Shown: one piece after another, positions 38,575 through 49,104 of the stretch
Layout of the letters: the number at the start of each line of letters is the position of its first letter
Numbering within the stretch: position 1 is the first letter of the stretch
Source of the DNA: Promethearchaeota archaeon
Lineage (GTDB): Archaea > Asgardarchaeota > Lokiarchaeia > Sigyniarchaeales > SOKP01
Assembly (NCBI GenBank): GCA_048938005.1
Contig: JBHLMQ010000001.1
Coordinates: 96,001 to 160,000 of the forward strand
Length of the DNA stretch: 64,000 bases
Direction: 5' to 3'
Program-made: the position numbers and the translations under genes
Notes under the pieces: model-generated
What the model saw: only the letters and a program-made list of their open reading frames with translations
What the model was told of the DNA's origin: nothing
Database searches by the model: none

Positions 38575-39186
38575 ATGGCAAAAAAGAAGAGGGAAGTTTG
38601 TCCCTACTGCGGCAAAAGTTTTGCATATTTATCTCGTCATAAATGTAAAATAAAAGAACATGTTGAGGGACCTTTAGAGGAGAAATCTGATGTTGAAAGA
38701 AGAATTGAAAGAATAGAAGAAAAAAAGAAAGAATTCAATCGAACTTTAAGAAAAGATGAGAAATTGATATTAAATATAATTAATCGTGAAAAAGATATAT
38801 TTTTTGACAGATTATTGGAACTAAGTAATAAAAAACGAAATGATTTAGAAGAAATATTGGAATTATTAGCATTACAATCAAAGATAAAAATGAAACGAGA
38901 ATTAGTTGATGCCTCATGGACAAAGCATATTTATTCAATTGAGGAAATCGATATAAAAGTAAAGGATTTGAAAATTGATAAAAGAAGAGAAGATTTTATT
39001 TGGAATATGTTTTCTAGACAGCCATGTTTTATTTGTCCTTTTCAAGATAAATGTAATGAAACTAATTTAGATCAATTTAATCCACAACATTGTCCATGGT
39101 TAACGGAATGGATCGAACTATCATCAAAAGGTGAAGAATATAATATAAATTTTGATGAAGTAGAATCACGATTGCAGGATATTTAA
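38575..39186 (+). CDS. RPC34/TFE-beta-like protein with C-terminal Fe-S motif and N-terminal zinc finger
   Basis: PCFICP...C....FNPQHCPWLTEW matches the RPC34-type cluster motif; CPYC..H.C. Confidence 0.7.
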   Translation: MAKKKREVCPYCGKSFAYLSRHKCKIKEHVEGPLEEKSDVERRIERIEEKKKEFNRTLRKDEKLILNIINREKDIFFDRLLELSNKKRNDLEEILELLALQSKIKMKRELVDASWTKHIYSIEEIDIKVKDLKIDKRREDFIWNMFSRQPCFICPFQDKCNETNLDQFNPQHCPWLTEWIELSSKGEEYNINFDEVESRLQDI

Positions 39187-39822
39187 TTTCACCTTTTGTA
39201 AACCAATTAAAAATATTTCATTACTTTTTTTCTTAGAAGATTTTGGCTTATAAGATTTTAAAATTCTAAATATAGAATTCATTTCTTTGGTAAATTTATT
39301 AAAATCAGACCCTTGAAATACTTTAATTACCATATTACCTTTAAATTTAAGATTTTTTTTTGCGATATCTAGTATTTTATAGCAAAGGTTAAGTTGTTTT
39401 AAATGATCTGTAAATCTATTTCCAGTTTTATTTATTGATGCATCTGATAAGAGTAAATCTATTTCACTATGAAAGTATAAATCAATTTGTTCCTGAAGTT
39501 CTGGTTTAGTTATATCAAATTTTATTATTTTAATATTCTCAATTGGAGATACATTCTTAATATCAACTCCCATTATTTTATAGTGATCTCGGTGATAATA
39601 TTCATCTTCATATTTATCTAAATTTCCTTTAACATACATCTTTACTACTTGTAACCATGAACCGGGAGCAGATCCTAAATCTAATACATAAAATGCCCTC
39701 TTAAAAATATTAAACTTATTTTGAATATCTAACAATTTATATGCAGATCTTGCGCGATATCCTTCCTTTTTAGCTTGTTTATAGTAAGATTCTTTTTTAT
39801 GTAATTCTCTATTTTTTGCCAT
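39166..39822 (-). CDS. rlmE: 23S rRNA Um2552 methyltransferase RlmE/FtsJ
   Basis: GYRARSAYKL, LDLGSAPGSWLQ, KVFQG. Confidence 0.92.
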   Translation of the reverse strand: MAKNRELHKKESYYKQAKKEGYRARSAYKLLDIQNKFNIFKRAFYVLDLGSAPGSWLQVVKMYVKGNLDKYEDEYYHRDHYKIMGVDIKNVSPIENIKIIKFDITKPELQEQIDLYFHSEIDLLLSDASINKTGNRFTDHLKQLNLCYKILDIAKKNLKFKGNMVIKVFQGSDFNKFTKEMNSIFRILKSYKPKSSKKKSNEIFLIGLQKVKLNILQS

Positions 39823-39836
39823 TTCACTTCAAATAT

Positions 39837-41066
39837 CTATTTTTGCATTTTAACTAAAATATTTTTAATTGTGTTTAAATCCAAATTACTCTTTATAGAT
39901 AAAAAATCAAAATGAGTCCTCGAACCTTGATATCCTTTTTCTTTAATTAGGCTAATAATATCTTTGGTTTTTGGAACAGAGGTGAGCTTTAATTGTTGAC
40001 ATAATTTATGAATGTTATAGTATGAAACAGGCATGTTAATTTCTTCAATAGCGAAAGTTAAGAGTTTTTCTATTCTATTTTTATTATGAAATGTAGAATT
40101 TTTATTTAAAGCGAGTAGTTCTTTAATAAAATTAATATCGTGAATTTTTTCAATCCATAAGGGCCCTGCATAATCTAGATTTTCTTTATTATCACATACA
40201 GGACATACATTGGGTAAAATTAAAATATTATTTCTAAAAGCTGAGCGATATCCACAATTCCTACAATGTATAAGATATCCATAATTTTGGAAAAATTTTG
40301 AAATTTTTTTTTCATTCCTGAATGATAAGCAGAAAATTCTTATAAAATGACCTGAGTAGAAAGTTAATAGTGGAAATATTCCCATCTTATTTATATTTGC
40401 TATTCGAGAAATGAAGTATATTAATATACGCCCTCCAATTTCCTTACAATACTCATTATGGAGGGGTTTAGCTAAATATTTCCTAATACATGCATTGGGT
40501 CGTACTCCAAATAAAACCGCTGTGTCTGTGGCAGTAATACACATCAAACCATTTACTTTTTGTATTGCTTTGAAAGCAGAGTCTATATAAAGATTTGGGG
40601 TTCCAAAGGGATCAATAGAAATTACATTTGGCTTTTTCCTTTTTTCACTTGAAAGTATACATGTACTATTTGCGATTTCAGAGAAAAGGAGGTTCGCATC
40701 TTTTTCTGATATTTCTATTTGAATAGGGCTTTTATCAAAATTATTTAATTTAAGATTTTTTTTAATAAGTTTAACGGCAACAGGATTAATATCATTTATA
40801 AAAATTTTTTTAATATTATTACACTCTTTTAACATTCTAATGGAACTTATTCCTGAAGCAGCCATAGAATCTATGATTATAAGTTCATTTTGTTTATAGA
40901 GATTTTTGTAAGCATTAATAGCTAAAGTTGTAATATCGCGATTAATCTCCATTTGTTTATTATAAAAAACATTCATTCCCTTCGAAGGAACCGATTCCTT
41001 ATCAACAATATGAATGTAAAATTCTGCTAAACCTTCTTTAATTAAAGTTAGATCATCTTTTTCCAT
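39837..41066 (-). CDS. trm1: tRNA (G26-N2) dimethyltransferase Trm1
   Basis: VFYN..M..NRD, IDPFGTP, ITATD, AGPLW, SRTHF. Confidence 0.92.
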   Translation of the reverse strand: MEKDDLTLIKEGLAEFYIHIVDKESVPSKGMNVFYNKQMEINRDITTLAINAYKNLYKQNELIIIDSMAASGISSIRMLKECNNIKKIFINDINPVAVKLIKKNLKLNNFDKSPIQIEISEKDANLLFSEIANSTCILSSEKRKKPNVISIDPFGTPNLYIDSAFKAIQKVNGLMCITATDTAVLFGVRPNACIRKYLAKPLHNEYCKEIGGRILIYFISRIANINKMGIFPLLTFYSGHFIRIFCLSFRNEKKISKFFQNYGYLIHCRNCGYRSAFRNNILILPNVCPVCDNKENLDYAGPLWIEKIHDINFIKELLALNKNSTFHNKNRIEKLLTFAIEEINMPVSYYNIHKLCQQLKLTSVPKTKDIISLIKEKGYQGSRTHFDFLSIKSNLDLNTIKNILVKMQK

Positions 41067-41162
41067 TGTTCTATATTAAATAAAGATAAAGATAAGATTA
41101 AATTATGGAAACTTTTTAGCAATACTAAGTTATGATATGTAGAATACAATTTCTTGTAAATA

Positions 41163-41852
41163 TTAATCAAATCCATATTCTCTCAAAATTGAAGTGAATT
41201 CAATTATTTCATTTTCAGGATATTTAGTTAAGATGAATTTTCTCTCATTTAATTTTCTAGTTTTGGTGATTTTTAAATTATAATTTACCCAAAATTCTAT
41301 AACTTTTCCACCACTTTGAACTTCGATTAGTTGATCATCAAATTTTTTTCTACTTGCTTCATTTACTACTAAGATTTCGATATTATATGTCTCATTTAAA
41401 TACATTAAATTTGCTAAAATTTGATTCAATTGATAATTTAAATTGTAATTCTTTTCTTTCTTATCGGTGTTTAACTCTAATCTGTATAACTCAGTAATTG
41501 AATCAATAACTATTAATTTTAATTGGTCATTTTTATTATCTATATCATTTAAAATTAAAAATTCTAAATTAAACACAATATTATTTAAATCTTCAAAATC
41601 TATAGGCTTAATAATTATAATCCTATCAAGAATTCCTTCTGAATCCTTAGATAGATTAAAAATTTTTTCTGAAGGTAAATTGGGTTTCGTATAAATATAA
41701 ACAACTTTTTTTTTATCTTTTATGGTATTTATAACTGTTTGTAAAACAAATGTTGTTTTTCCAACACCATAATTTCCCCAGACAGAAAAAATCCCTTTAT
41801 AATTATCAAAATTTCTTAAAAATGCATTTAATTCAAATATTGGGAATTTCAT
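41163..41852 (-). CDS. radB: RadB-like RecA-family protein
   Basis: Walker A GNYGVGKT, IVIDSITELYR, SGG. Confidence 0.75.
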   Translation of the reverse strand: MKFPIFELNAFLRNFDNYKGIFSVWGNYGVGKTTFVLQTVINTIKDKKKVVYIYTKPNLPSEKIFNLSKDSEGILDRIIIIKPIDFEDLNNIVFNLEFLILNDIDNKNDQLKLIVIDSITELYRLELNTDKKEKNYNLNYQLNQILANLMYLNETYNIEILVVNEASRKKFDDQLIEVQSGGKVIEFWVNYNLKITKTRKLNERKFILTKYPENEIIEFTSILREYGFD

Positions 41853-41897
41853 TTGATTAAAAATTTTTAATTTTTATAATTAATTAATATTTATAAG

Positions 41898-42755
41898 TTG
41901 GAAAGAAAAATTTTTGTCTTAACCGAGGATATGTCTTTTTTTTTTCGGTTAAATAAGGAATTAAACCACCGAAATATTACATTTAAAATTCTAAATATTG
42001 GAAATAAAATTCCAGAGTTTGGAGCTTTAGTTTTAACCACATGTGAAGAATTTAAAAAATATAATCTAAATAATCTCAAAACTAAAATTCTTGCGTATGA
42101 TAAAAATGAAAATTTTGAGAAATTCATGATAAAGTTTATTGCAGCATATAAAATCGGCTATAAAGATAGGTATTCGGAACTAACCTTTTCAATCGATCCC
42201 GGAACTAAACATATAGGATTAGTTGTTTTCTTAGATGATTACTTTTTAATTTCTCATACCATTTATGATAAAGAAGAATTAATAAAAAAACTCAAGAAAT
42301 ATATAGAATTTCTTCAAAATGATGACCAGAGTTCATTAAAATTGCACTTTAAGTTAGGAAGAGGAGTAGTTCCAATAACTCTCAATTTGGTTTCCAAAAT
42401 CTTTAACATTCCTAAGTATAGAAAAATTCCTCAAATTCTTTTAATCGATGAAAGTAAATCTTCAAAAATTAAATTATGTGATAGAGCCGGGAAAAAGATT
42501 CCAAAAGATGAAGCTTCGGCTTTGATTTTAGCTTTGAGAGATGGAATCGAGGTGAATGAAACTAATTATATAAAAATATATGATCAGATTAAATCAAAAA
42601 AACTAAGGACAAACGCTTTTAAGAAAGAAAATTTTGATAACAATAATGAATTAACGTTAAATTTAAGAGAAATAGCTGAAAAAGTATTAAATGATGAACT
42701 GTCTCTTAGTAAATCCATACAAATGATAAAAGAGATTAAAAAACCATTAAATTAA
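41898..42755 (+). CDS. RNase H-fold (YqgF-like) hypothetical protein
   Basis: SIDPGTKHIGL, IDESKSS, DEASA..LA. Confidence 0.6.
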   Translation: MERKIFVLTEDMSFFFRLNKELNHRNITFKILNIGNKIPEFGALVLTTCEEFKKYNLNNLKTKILAYDKNENFEKFMIKFIAAYKIGYKDRYSELTFSIDPGTKHIGLVVFLDDYFLISHTIYDKEELIKKLKKYIEFLQNDDQSSLKLHFKLGRGVVPITLNLVSKIFNIPKYRKIPQILLIDESKSSKIKLCDRAGKKIPKDEASALILALRDGIEVNETNYIKIYDQIKSKKLRTNAFKKENFDNNNELTLNLREIAEKVLNDELSLSKSIQMIKEIKKPLN

Positions 42756-42836
42756 GAAAAAATCAACAATAAAGATAAAAAAAACTATATTTTCAATTAA
42801 TTTTAATTATCAATAAAATGACCTCTTGAAATTTTT

Positions 42837-43940
42837 ATGAAGAGAATAAAAGGCATAGATACAATTCGCGGTTTAAGCATTTTTTTCATGTGTTTTCACA
42901 TCGTTCAATGGTGGATAAGACCCGAAGACTACGAAGAAGTATTTTACTTAGTTGTAGGAATTGTTGGTGAAATAGCAGCTTCAGGATTATTATTTATTTC
43001 AGGAGTAAGTGCGGTAATGTTATATAGAAACAGACTTGCTAAAGCTAAAATCTCAGATGCGTACAGTATAGAACAAGTAAAAAATGAATACCTATTTCGA
43101 GCTTTAATCATACTAATTATAGCTTTTATATTTAATAGTATTATAGCAATCGGAACACTAAATCCTTTGGATATTTGGAAATGGTTTATACCACTAACAA
43201 TTGGCCTTTCATTACTATTGGCATTTCCGCTTTTAAAAACTTCAAAATCTTTCAGAATATTATTAGCATTAATTCTTTGGATAATACATTATTATCTTCT
43301 TGCAGTTCTTTCTCCTCATCAAGGACAGTTAAACATTTTTGGAATATTATATTATATTTTTTACAATTCGATAGATGTACACCCTTTAATATATTATTTC
43401 AGCTTCTTTTTAATAGGAACAGTTATAGCAGATATAATTCTCGATATATTTCTCAAAGATAATCAAGAAGAGAGAAGATTGGATTTGAAAAATAAATTTG
43501 TTTTTCCATCATTAATAATAGGACCAATTTTAGTATTAATTGGAGTCTTATTTCGTTTTCCTGATTTTTTAATACATATCACGTTTTCATCAACTGTTTA
43601 TACACTAGGTGTATTTTTAACTATAATGTCGGTATCCTTAATCATTCAAGAGTTCGAAGTTATTAAATTACAAAAAAACTATAGGTTTTTTTATTTTTAC
43701 TCTTATTATTCCTTAACTGTCTTTTTTTCACATTATTTATTATATTTCATATTTTTAGAGCAATTAAATGCAGTTAACATTTGGATCGCTGTAGTTGTAA
43801 CATTTATATTATTAACTCTGTTAATTAGAGTTATTTATAAAAAATTTGGACCAAAAGCTTCTTTAAAGGTACAAATTGGCAGAATATCAGGGATTTTAGC
43901 GAGACGGGTGGAGGCTAAAAAAAGAAATAGATCAATCTAG
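42837..43940 (+). CDS. DUF1624 / HGSNAT-like membrane acyltransferase
   Basis: RI.GIDTIRGLSIFFM..H, LFISGVS; multi-TM. Confidence 0.75.
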   Translation: MKRIKGIDTIRGLSIFFMCFHIVQWWIRPEDYEEVFYLVVGIVGEIAASGLLFISGVSAVMLYRNRLAKAKISDAYSIEQVKNEYLFRALIILIIAFIFNSIIAIGTLNPLDIWKWFIPLTIGLSLLLAFPLLKTSKSFRILLALILWIIHYYLLAVLSPHQGQLNIFGILYYIFYNSIDVHPLIYYFSFFLIGTVIADIILDIFLKDNQEERRLDLKNKFVFPSLIIGPILVLIGVLFRFPDFLIHITFSSTVYTLGVFLTIMSVSLIIQEFEVIKLQKNYRFFYFYSYYSLTVFFSHYLLYFIFLEQLNAVNIWIAVVVTFILLTLLIRVIYKKFGPKASLKVQIGRISGILARRVEAKKRNRSI

Positions 43941-44155
43941 ACTAAAAATCTTTTCATAAAAGTAATATTCGTCTTTTTTGATCCATTAGTTTATTCAATA
44001 GTAATAACAGCTGGTTTTTTATAGAAAGCGTGGTTTTCTTATATGGTATAAAATTAATTTTTTGTAAAATAATTTAGCAAACGGCTTTAATAAAAGAATA
44101 GATAAAAAGATGAGGCTCAAGCTTAAATATTTACATTGTTGGAAAAAGAAATTTA

Positions 44156-44938
44156 ATGAAAGAAAGAATTGATATTTTATTAGTAGAAAGAAATTTGGCT
44201 GATAGTAGGACTAAAGCACAATGGCTAATAAAAAATGGTTATGTATTAGTCAATAAAAAGCAAATCATTAAGCCTAGTAAAAGAATAGAAAATACTCTTG
44301 AAATTCAGGTGACACAAAGTTATCCTTATGTTGGACGCGGAGGACTGAAATTAAAAGCCGCAATAAAGGAATTTTCAATTTCTGTTAAAGGGAAGATTTG
44401 TGCTGATATAGGATCTTCCGTTGGAGGATTTACAGATTGTTTAATAAAGAATGGAGCCTTGAAAGTATATGCGATTGATACAGCAACAGATTTACTTCAC
44501 CCTTCACTACGGTGCGAAAAGATGAAGGAGAAGATAATTCCATTATTAGGAGTAGATGCCCGTAATTTAATTCCTATTGAAGAGTTAGTAGATATTTGTA
44601 CGATTGATATGACATTTACCTCATTAAGAGTAGTTTTACCAAAAGTAAAAAGAATCCTCAAAAAAAATGGTGATATTATCGCATTAGTAAAGCCTATTTT
44701 TGAAACAGAATTCTATAATAAACATAGGTTTGATATTATAAAAGATACAAACCACCTTTTTCAAATTCTTAATGAACTAATTCAATGGATTATAGAAAAT
44801 CATTTTTTTCCAAATGGAATCATTAAATCACCCATTTTAGGCAAAGAGGGGTCAATAGAATTTTTTATTCATCTAAAATTAAAAAAACCTAATTTATATT
44901 TCAATCCTAAAAAAATGATAAAAGACATTTTAAAATGA
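44156..44938 (+). CDS. tlyA: TlyA-family rRNA 2'-O-methyltransferase
   Basis: S4 domain, YVGRGGLKL, DIGSSVGGFTD, LVKP.FE. Confidence 0.9.
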   Translation: MKERIDILLVERNLADSRTKAQWLIKNGYVLVNKKQIIKPSKRIENTLEIQVTQSYPYVGRGGLKLKAAIKEFSISVKGKICADIGSSVGGFTDCLIKNGALKVYAIDTATDLLHPSLRCEKMKEKIIPLLGVDARNLIPIEELVDICTIDMTFTSLRVVLPKVKRILKKNGDIIALVKPIFETEFYNKHRFDIIKDTNHLFQILNELIQWIIENHFFPNGIIKSPILGKEGSIEFFIHLKLKKPNLYFNPKKMIKDILK

Positions 44939-44983
44939 AATTATTTACGAAAAAACTAATTATCATTGTTTTTAGATAAAGTA

Positions 44984-46156
44984 TCATTTTTTAGGGTAAT
45001 TATTGAACACTTTACCCCATTCTGTTTGGTAAAATTTCTTAATTCTTCGTTTTCCAATAGTGGGGTACCATAACATATCATGATAAATCATGGAAGCATA
45101 AGTAGGTCCTAGAAAGAAGAGTTCATTTTTGAATAGAGGATAGAGAAATTGTAAAGATCCTTTGCGTACCATTTGATCACCCCAAATAACTATACTGCGT
45201 TTAACATTAAAATTCCAATTTATATTAGATATATCTTCACCTATAATTTCAATTTGGTCGATATCTCCACATCCAAGACCTTCTTCATGAGCCATTCTTA
45301 TTGCGGGTAATTTTAAAGGGTCAAATCCCATTATTTTAGCAACGATTGTATCTATTGCAACTTGATCATACCCTGCAAGAATATAATTTTTAATACGAGG
45401 TATCATTGTTCTTGGTCCTGCTCCATCTCCGCACACTGTCCCATCTACAATTGCAAGTATACTTGGATGAATTTGTTTTTGAATAATCAGTAAATCTACT
45501 AACACTTCAGACATATATTGATGTGAAAAATGTCTTCTTTTTGTTAAGAGCCCTCCAAAAGCATTTTTCATAGCACAGGTTATACCCCCATGCTTCAATT
45601 CTCCAGTAGTCTTTTTTAATGAACCACCAACAGCGCCAGTATGTCCATGAGTTTTTATTGTTGGCAAATGTATTATTGGCTTCCCTACATAAAACTTAGG
45701 AATAGAAAAACCCTCTGGAAATATTTTAGAATCTAAAACATGGAGCTTCATATTTTTTAGTGTAAGAAATTTCGATCTTAAAGATTCATATGGAACAAAG
45801 GGGATTCGAGTTAAGGGTACAAACCATACTCCATATTTCTTGAAAATTGGTCCCCACTTATTTCCCTTTAATCCTTTCTCAATATTAGTAACTACTGTTC
45901 GATTTTCCGCTGTAAATAAGTTTCTAGGGTTAAAACCATCATCAATCATTGATTTTAATACTCCCTCTACCTGCCAGGGGGGACTAGAACATGCAGGGAA
46001 GAATTTTGACCAACTAAGATTTAATTTGATAATAATTTTTTCATTTTTCTTAAAATGGTTCTTGTAATCTGCTAGCTGCATTAGTCTTTTATAATCGTAA
46101 AAGACTGTTTTAGGTGATGTTTTAATTATATAGATTTTAGAATTTTTTAGTGTCAT
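44984..46156 (-). CDS. DUF362 domain protein
   Basis: IKLNLSW, LPTIKTH, AMKNAFGG, DQVAID. Confidence 0.85.
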   Translation of the reverse strand: MTLKNSKIYIIKTSPKTVFYDYKRLMQLADYKNHFKKNEKIIIKLNLSWSKFFPACSSPPWQVEGVLKSMIDDGFNPRNLFTAENRTVVTNIEKGLKGNKWGPIFKKYGVWFVPLTRIPFVPYESLRSKFLTLKNMKLHVLDSKIFPEGFSIPKFYVGKPIIHLPTIKTHGHTGAVGGSLKKTTGELKHGGITCAMKNAFGGLLTKRRHFSHQYMSEVLVDLLIIQKQIHPSILAIVDGTVCGDGAGPRTMIPRIKNYILAGYDQVAIDTIVAKIMGFDPLKLPAIRMAHEEGLGCGDIDQIEIIGEDISNINWNFNVKRSIVIWGDQMVRKGSLQFLYPLFKNELFFLGPTYASMIYHDMLWYPTIGKRRIKKFYQTEWGKVFNNYPKK

Positions 46157-46284
46157 TACCTAATAGAAATTATAATCCTTTAACTTAATTGCGAAATATT
46201 GATAGTTTAAATAATAACCATTAAACGAGTTTTTAATCATAAAAAATTAAATGAAAAATTTAGAAAATTTAATAGAAAAGAGAG

Positions 46285-47739
46285 TTAATCTGAAATGAAT
46301 TTCATTCCTTCATAAGATTTCTTCTCTTGTTTTAGTGGTAAACAATACATATAATGATCTCCACCAAGATATATCTTTTTAGGACTTTCTATACCACAAT
46401 TGTTGTGTTTATCTTTTTCAGGGCATCTAGGATGAAAAGCACATCCTGAAGGGGGGTTAATTGGGCTGGGAACGTCGCCTTCTAATATAATTCTTTCCTT
46501 TTTCGAAGAAGGATCGAATGTTGGTCTTGCAGACAATAAGGCTTTAGAATATGGATGTGTTGGATTGTAAAAAACTTCATCAATCTTCCCTTCTTCTACA
46601 AATTTGCCTAAATACATTACTGCGATTCTATCAGCTATGTGTTGTACCACACTTAAATCGTGAGTAATAAAAAGAAAGGATAAATCAAATTTAACCTGAA
46701 GATCTTTTAATAAATTCAAAATTTGTGCTTGAACAGATACATCTAGAGCAGATGTAGGTTCATCCAAAATAATTATTTCAGGATTGCATGCGAGAGCTCT
46801 AGCTATTACAATTCTTTGTTTTTGGCCCCCTGAAAATTCATGAGGATATCGATCCAAGTGCTCCGCTTTCATAGATACCGTTTCTAAAAGTTCGAGAACC
46901 CGTTTACGTTTATCTCTCCTTTTAGTTATACCTTGCAGAATACGAAGAGGTTCACCGATAATATCAACTATTTTCCAACGTGGATTTAATGAAGCATCAG
47001 GATCTTGAAACACAATTTGAATCTTTTTACGAAGTTCCTTAGTAAACGGATTAAATTTATTTAAGGCTCTATTAAAACTTTTTTTTGTTGTTATTACAAC
47101 ACTATGTTGAAATGTTTTGTTAACATTCGGCGGCAATCTACCTAAAACTAAAAGAGAGAGGAAGAAAGAAGAGAGAGACGCAAAAGAAAGAGAGATAGAG
47201 ACGGGAACAAAAGAGGGGGAGAGAAAGGGAGAAGAGATTGAGAGAGAAAGAGAGAAGACAGAAAGAGTGAGAGATAGAAATAGAAAAGATAGAGAATGAA
47301 AAACTTTATGAATATTATGGTAGAATTTCTTTATATGTGGTTGCATCCTTAACAACAATCTTAAAAATATTTTAAAAGCAATTAAAATTGCTGGATAAAG
47401 TCGAAGGTATTTTAACTTGCCTCTTTCCTTTTTTTCAATTGGTTTAGTCATTCCCTGAACGATTCTTTGATTCTTGTAAAAAATTTCCCCCGATGTTGCT
47501 CTAACTAGATTTAGAATTGTATTTCCGATTGTTGTTTTACCACATCCACTTTCTCCAACTAATCCTAGAGTCTCTCTTTTATAAAGGTTAAAAGTCACAC
47601 CATCTACAGCCTTAACTTCTCCAATTTTACGCTTAAAAAGTCCACCGAGAATGGGATAATAAGTTTTAAGATCCTTTACAGAAAGAATAACTTCTCGTTT
47701 TTTTTTGGGGCTTATTATTTTTTCTTTTACAAGAGTCAT
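46285..47739 (-). CDS. oppF: Oligo/dipeptide ABC ATPase (OppF/DppF) with ~140-aa insertion
   Basis: GESGCGKTT, FSGGQKQR, DEPTSALD, GCAFHPRC. Confidence 0.9.
   Translation of the reverse strand: MTLVKEKIISPKKKREVILSVKDLKTYYPILGGLFKRKIGEVKAVDGVTFNLYKRETLGLVGESGCGKTTIGNTILNLVRATSGEIFYKNQRIVQGMTKPIEKKERGKLKYLRLYPAILIAFKIFLRLLLRMQPHIKKFYHNIHKVFHSLSFLFLSLTLSVFSLSLSISSPFLSPSFVPVSISLSFASLSSFFLSLLVLGRLPPNVNKTFQHSVVITTKKSFNRALNKFNPFTKELRKKIQIVFQDPDASLNPRWKIVDIIGEPLRILQGITKRRDKRKRVLELLETVSMKAEHLDRYPHEFSGGQKQRIVIARALACNPEIIILDEPTSALDVSVQAQILNLLKDLQVKFDLSFLFITHDLSVVQHIADRIAVMYLGKFVEEGKIDEVFYNPTHPYSKALLSARPTFDPSSKKERIILEGDVPSPINPPSGCAFHPRCPEKDKHNNCGIESPKKIYLGGDHYMYCLPLKQEKKSYEGMKFISD
47151..47296 (+). repeat. 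GA-rich low-complexity purine tract inside oppF
   Basis: gagagaggaagaaagaagagagagacg...gagagagaaagagagaagacagaaagagtgagagatagaaatagaaaagatagaga. Confidence 0.85.
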
Positions 47740-47775
47740 TTTTTAATTTTCCTTTAAAATTAGGTCTCTATAATA

Positions 47776-49053
47776 TTATATTTTAGATGTTTTTTTAAGT
47801 TCACCTTCTACCCATTGATATTTTGGTGAATTTTTATATTTGTCATCGAAAAGATGACATGCTACATAATATTTATCTCCAATTTTTAGAAATCGTGGTT
47901 TTATTTTATCACAAACTTCCATCCGATAATCACATCTTGGATGGAATCTACATCCTGATGGAGGGTAAATTAAGTTTGGAACCATTCCTCGAATAGTTTG
48001 TAGCTCTTGATCTCTCTTTTCTATACTTGGAATTGCTCCAATCAGCCCCTGAGTATAAGGATGGCGTGGATTTTTAAATAATTCATCAGCAGTTGCATAC
48101 TCTACGATATTTCCGCTGTACATAACTGCTACCCTATCACATATTTCTGCGATAATTCCTAAATCATGTGTAATTAAAAGAATAGATGTTTTGATTCTTT
48201 TTTTCAATTCTTTCATTAAATCAAGAATCTGAGCTTGAATAGTTACATCTAAGGCTGTTGTGGGTTCATCAGCAATTAAAAGTAACGGATTGCATGAAAG
48301 CGCCATCGCAATCATTACACGCTGTCTCATCCCACCGCTTAATTCATGGGGGTATCTTTTCAAAATTCCTTTTGCATCCGCAATACCCACTTCCTCTATT
48401 ACTTTTTCCGATTTTTCTAATGCGATCTGTTTTAAAGTTGGTTTATTTTCTATTTTTCCTTTAAGTTCTTTAATTTTTTTCTTAATTTCTTTTTGTTCTT
48501 CTTTTGTCCTTCTATCATCTTTTTCTTTTAATCCGTTTTCTAAATCTTTTACCTCTTGACTTATCTTTTTCCTATTCAAAAGCCTCTCTTCTAAGATTTC
48601 CTTAAGTAAATCTAGTTGGTGTAATAAGAATACTTCTAACATCTGCTTACCAACTGTAAAGACAGGATTAAGTGAATTTAAAGGATCCTGAAAAATCATG
48701 GTAATATCCTTACCACGATATTCCCTCATTTGTTCGTCGGATAACTCCAACAGGTTTATATTGTTAAATTTTATATATCCATCAATAATTTTTCCAGGAG
48801 ATCTTACAAGACGTAATATCGAAAGAGCTGTAACAGATTTTCCGCAACCTGTTTCACCGACTAGGCCTAGTACCTCATCTTCATAGATATCAAATGTAAT
48901 ACCATCAACTGCTTTAACAATTCCCTCTTCAGTATAAAAATATGTTTTAAGGTTGTTAATTTCAACTAGGAGATTAGAAGACCTTTCTATTAAAGAATTT
49001 AATCTTAAGGTTTCGTGATTTTCAATTAATTCATTTTTTTTAGTCAGATTCAT
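47776..49053 (-). CDS. oppD: Oligo/dipeptide ABC ATPase (OppD/DppD) with coiled-coil insertion
   Basis: GETGCGKS, LSGGMRQR, DEPTTALD. Confidence 0.9.
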   Translation of the reverse strand: MNLTKKNELIENHETLRLNSLIERSSNLLVEINNLKTYFYTEEGIVKAVDGITFDIYEDEVLGLVGETGCGKSVTALSILRLVRSPGKIIDGYIKFNNINLLELSDEQMREYRGKDITMIFQDPLNSLNPVFTVGKQMLEVFLLHQLDLLKEILEERLLNRKKISQEVKDLENGLKEKDDRRTKEEQKEIKKKIKELKGKIENKPTLKQIALEKSEKVIEEVGIADAKGILKRYPHELSGGMRQRVMIAMALSCNPLLLIADEPTTALDVTIQAQILDLMKELKKRIKTSILLITHDLGIIAEICDRVAVMYSGNIVEYATADELFKNPRHPYTQGLIGAIPSIEKRDQELQTIRGMVPNLIYPPSGCRFHPRCDYRMEVCDKIKPRFLKIGDKYYVACHLFDDKYKNSPKYQWVEGELKKTSKI

Positions 49054-49104
49054 TTTCCCTTTTTCTCATCAATTCTATGAAATGTTTTTTACGTAATAAG
49101 AATA

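Noticed and set aside
47117-47299. R/E-rich 60-aa plus-strand ORF
   Set aside because: Translation of the GA-rich tract antisense to oppF
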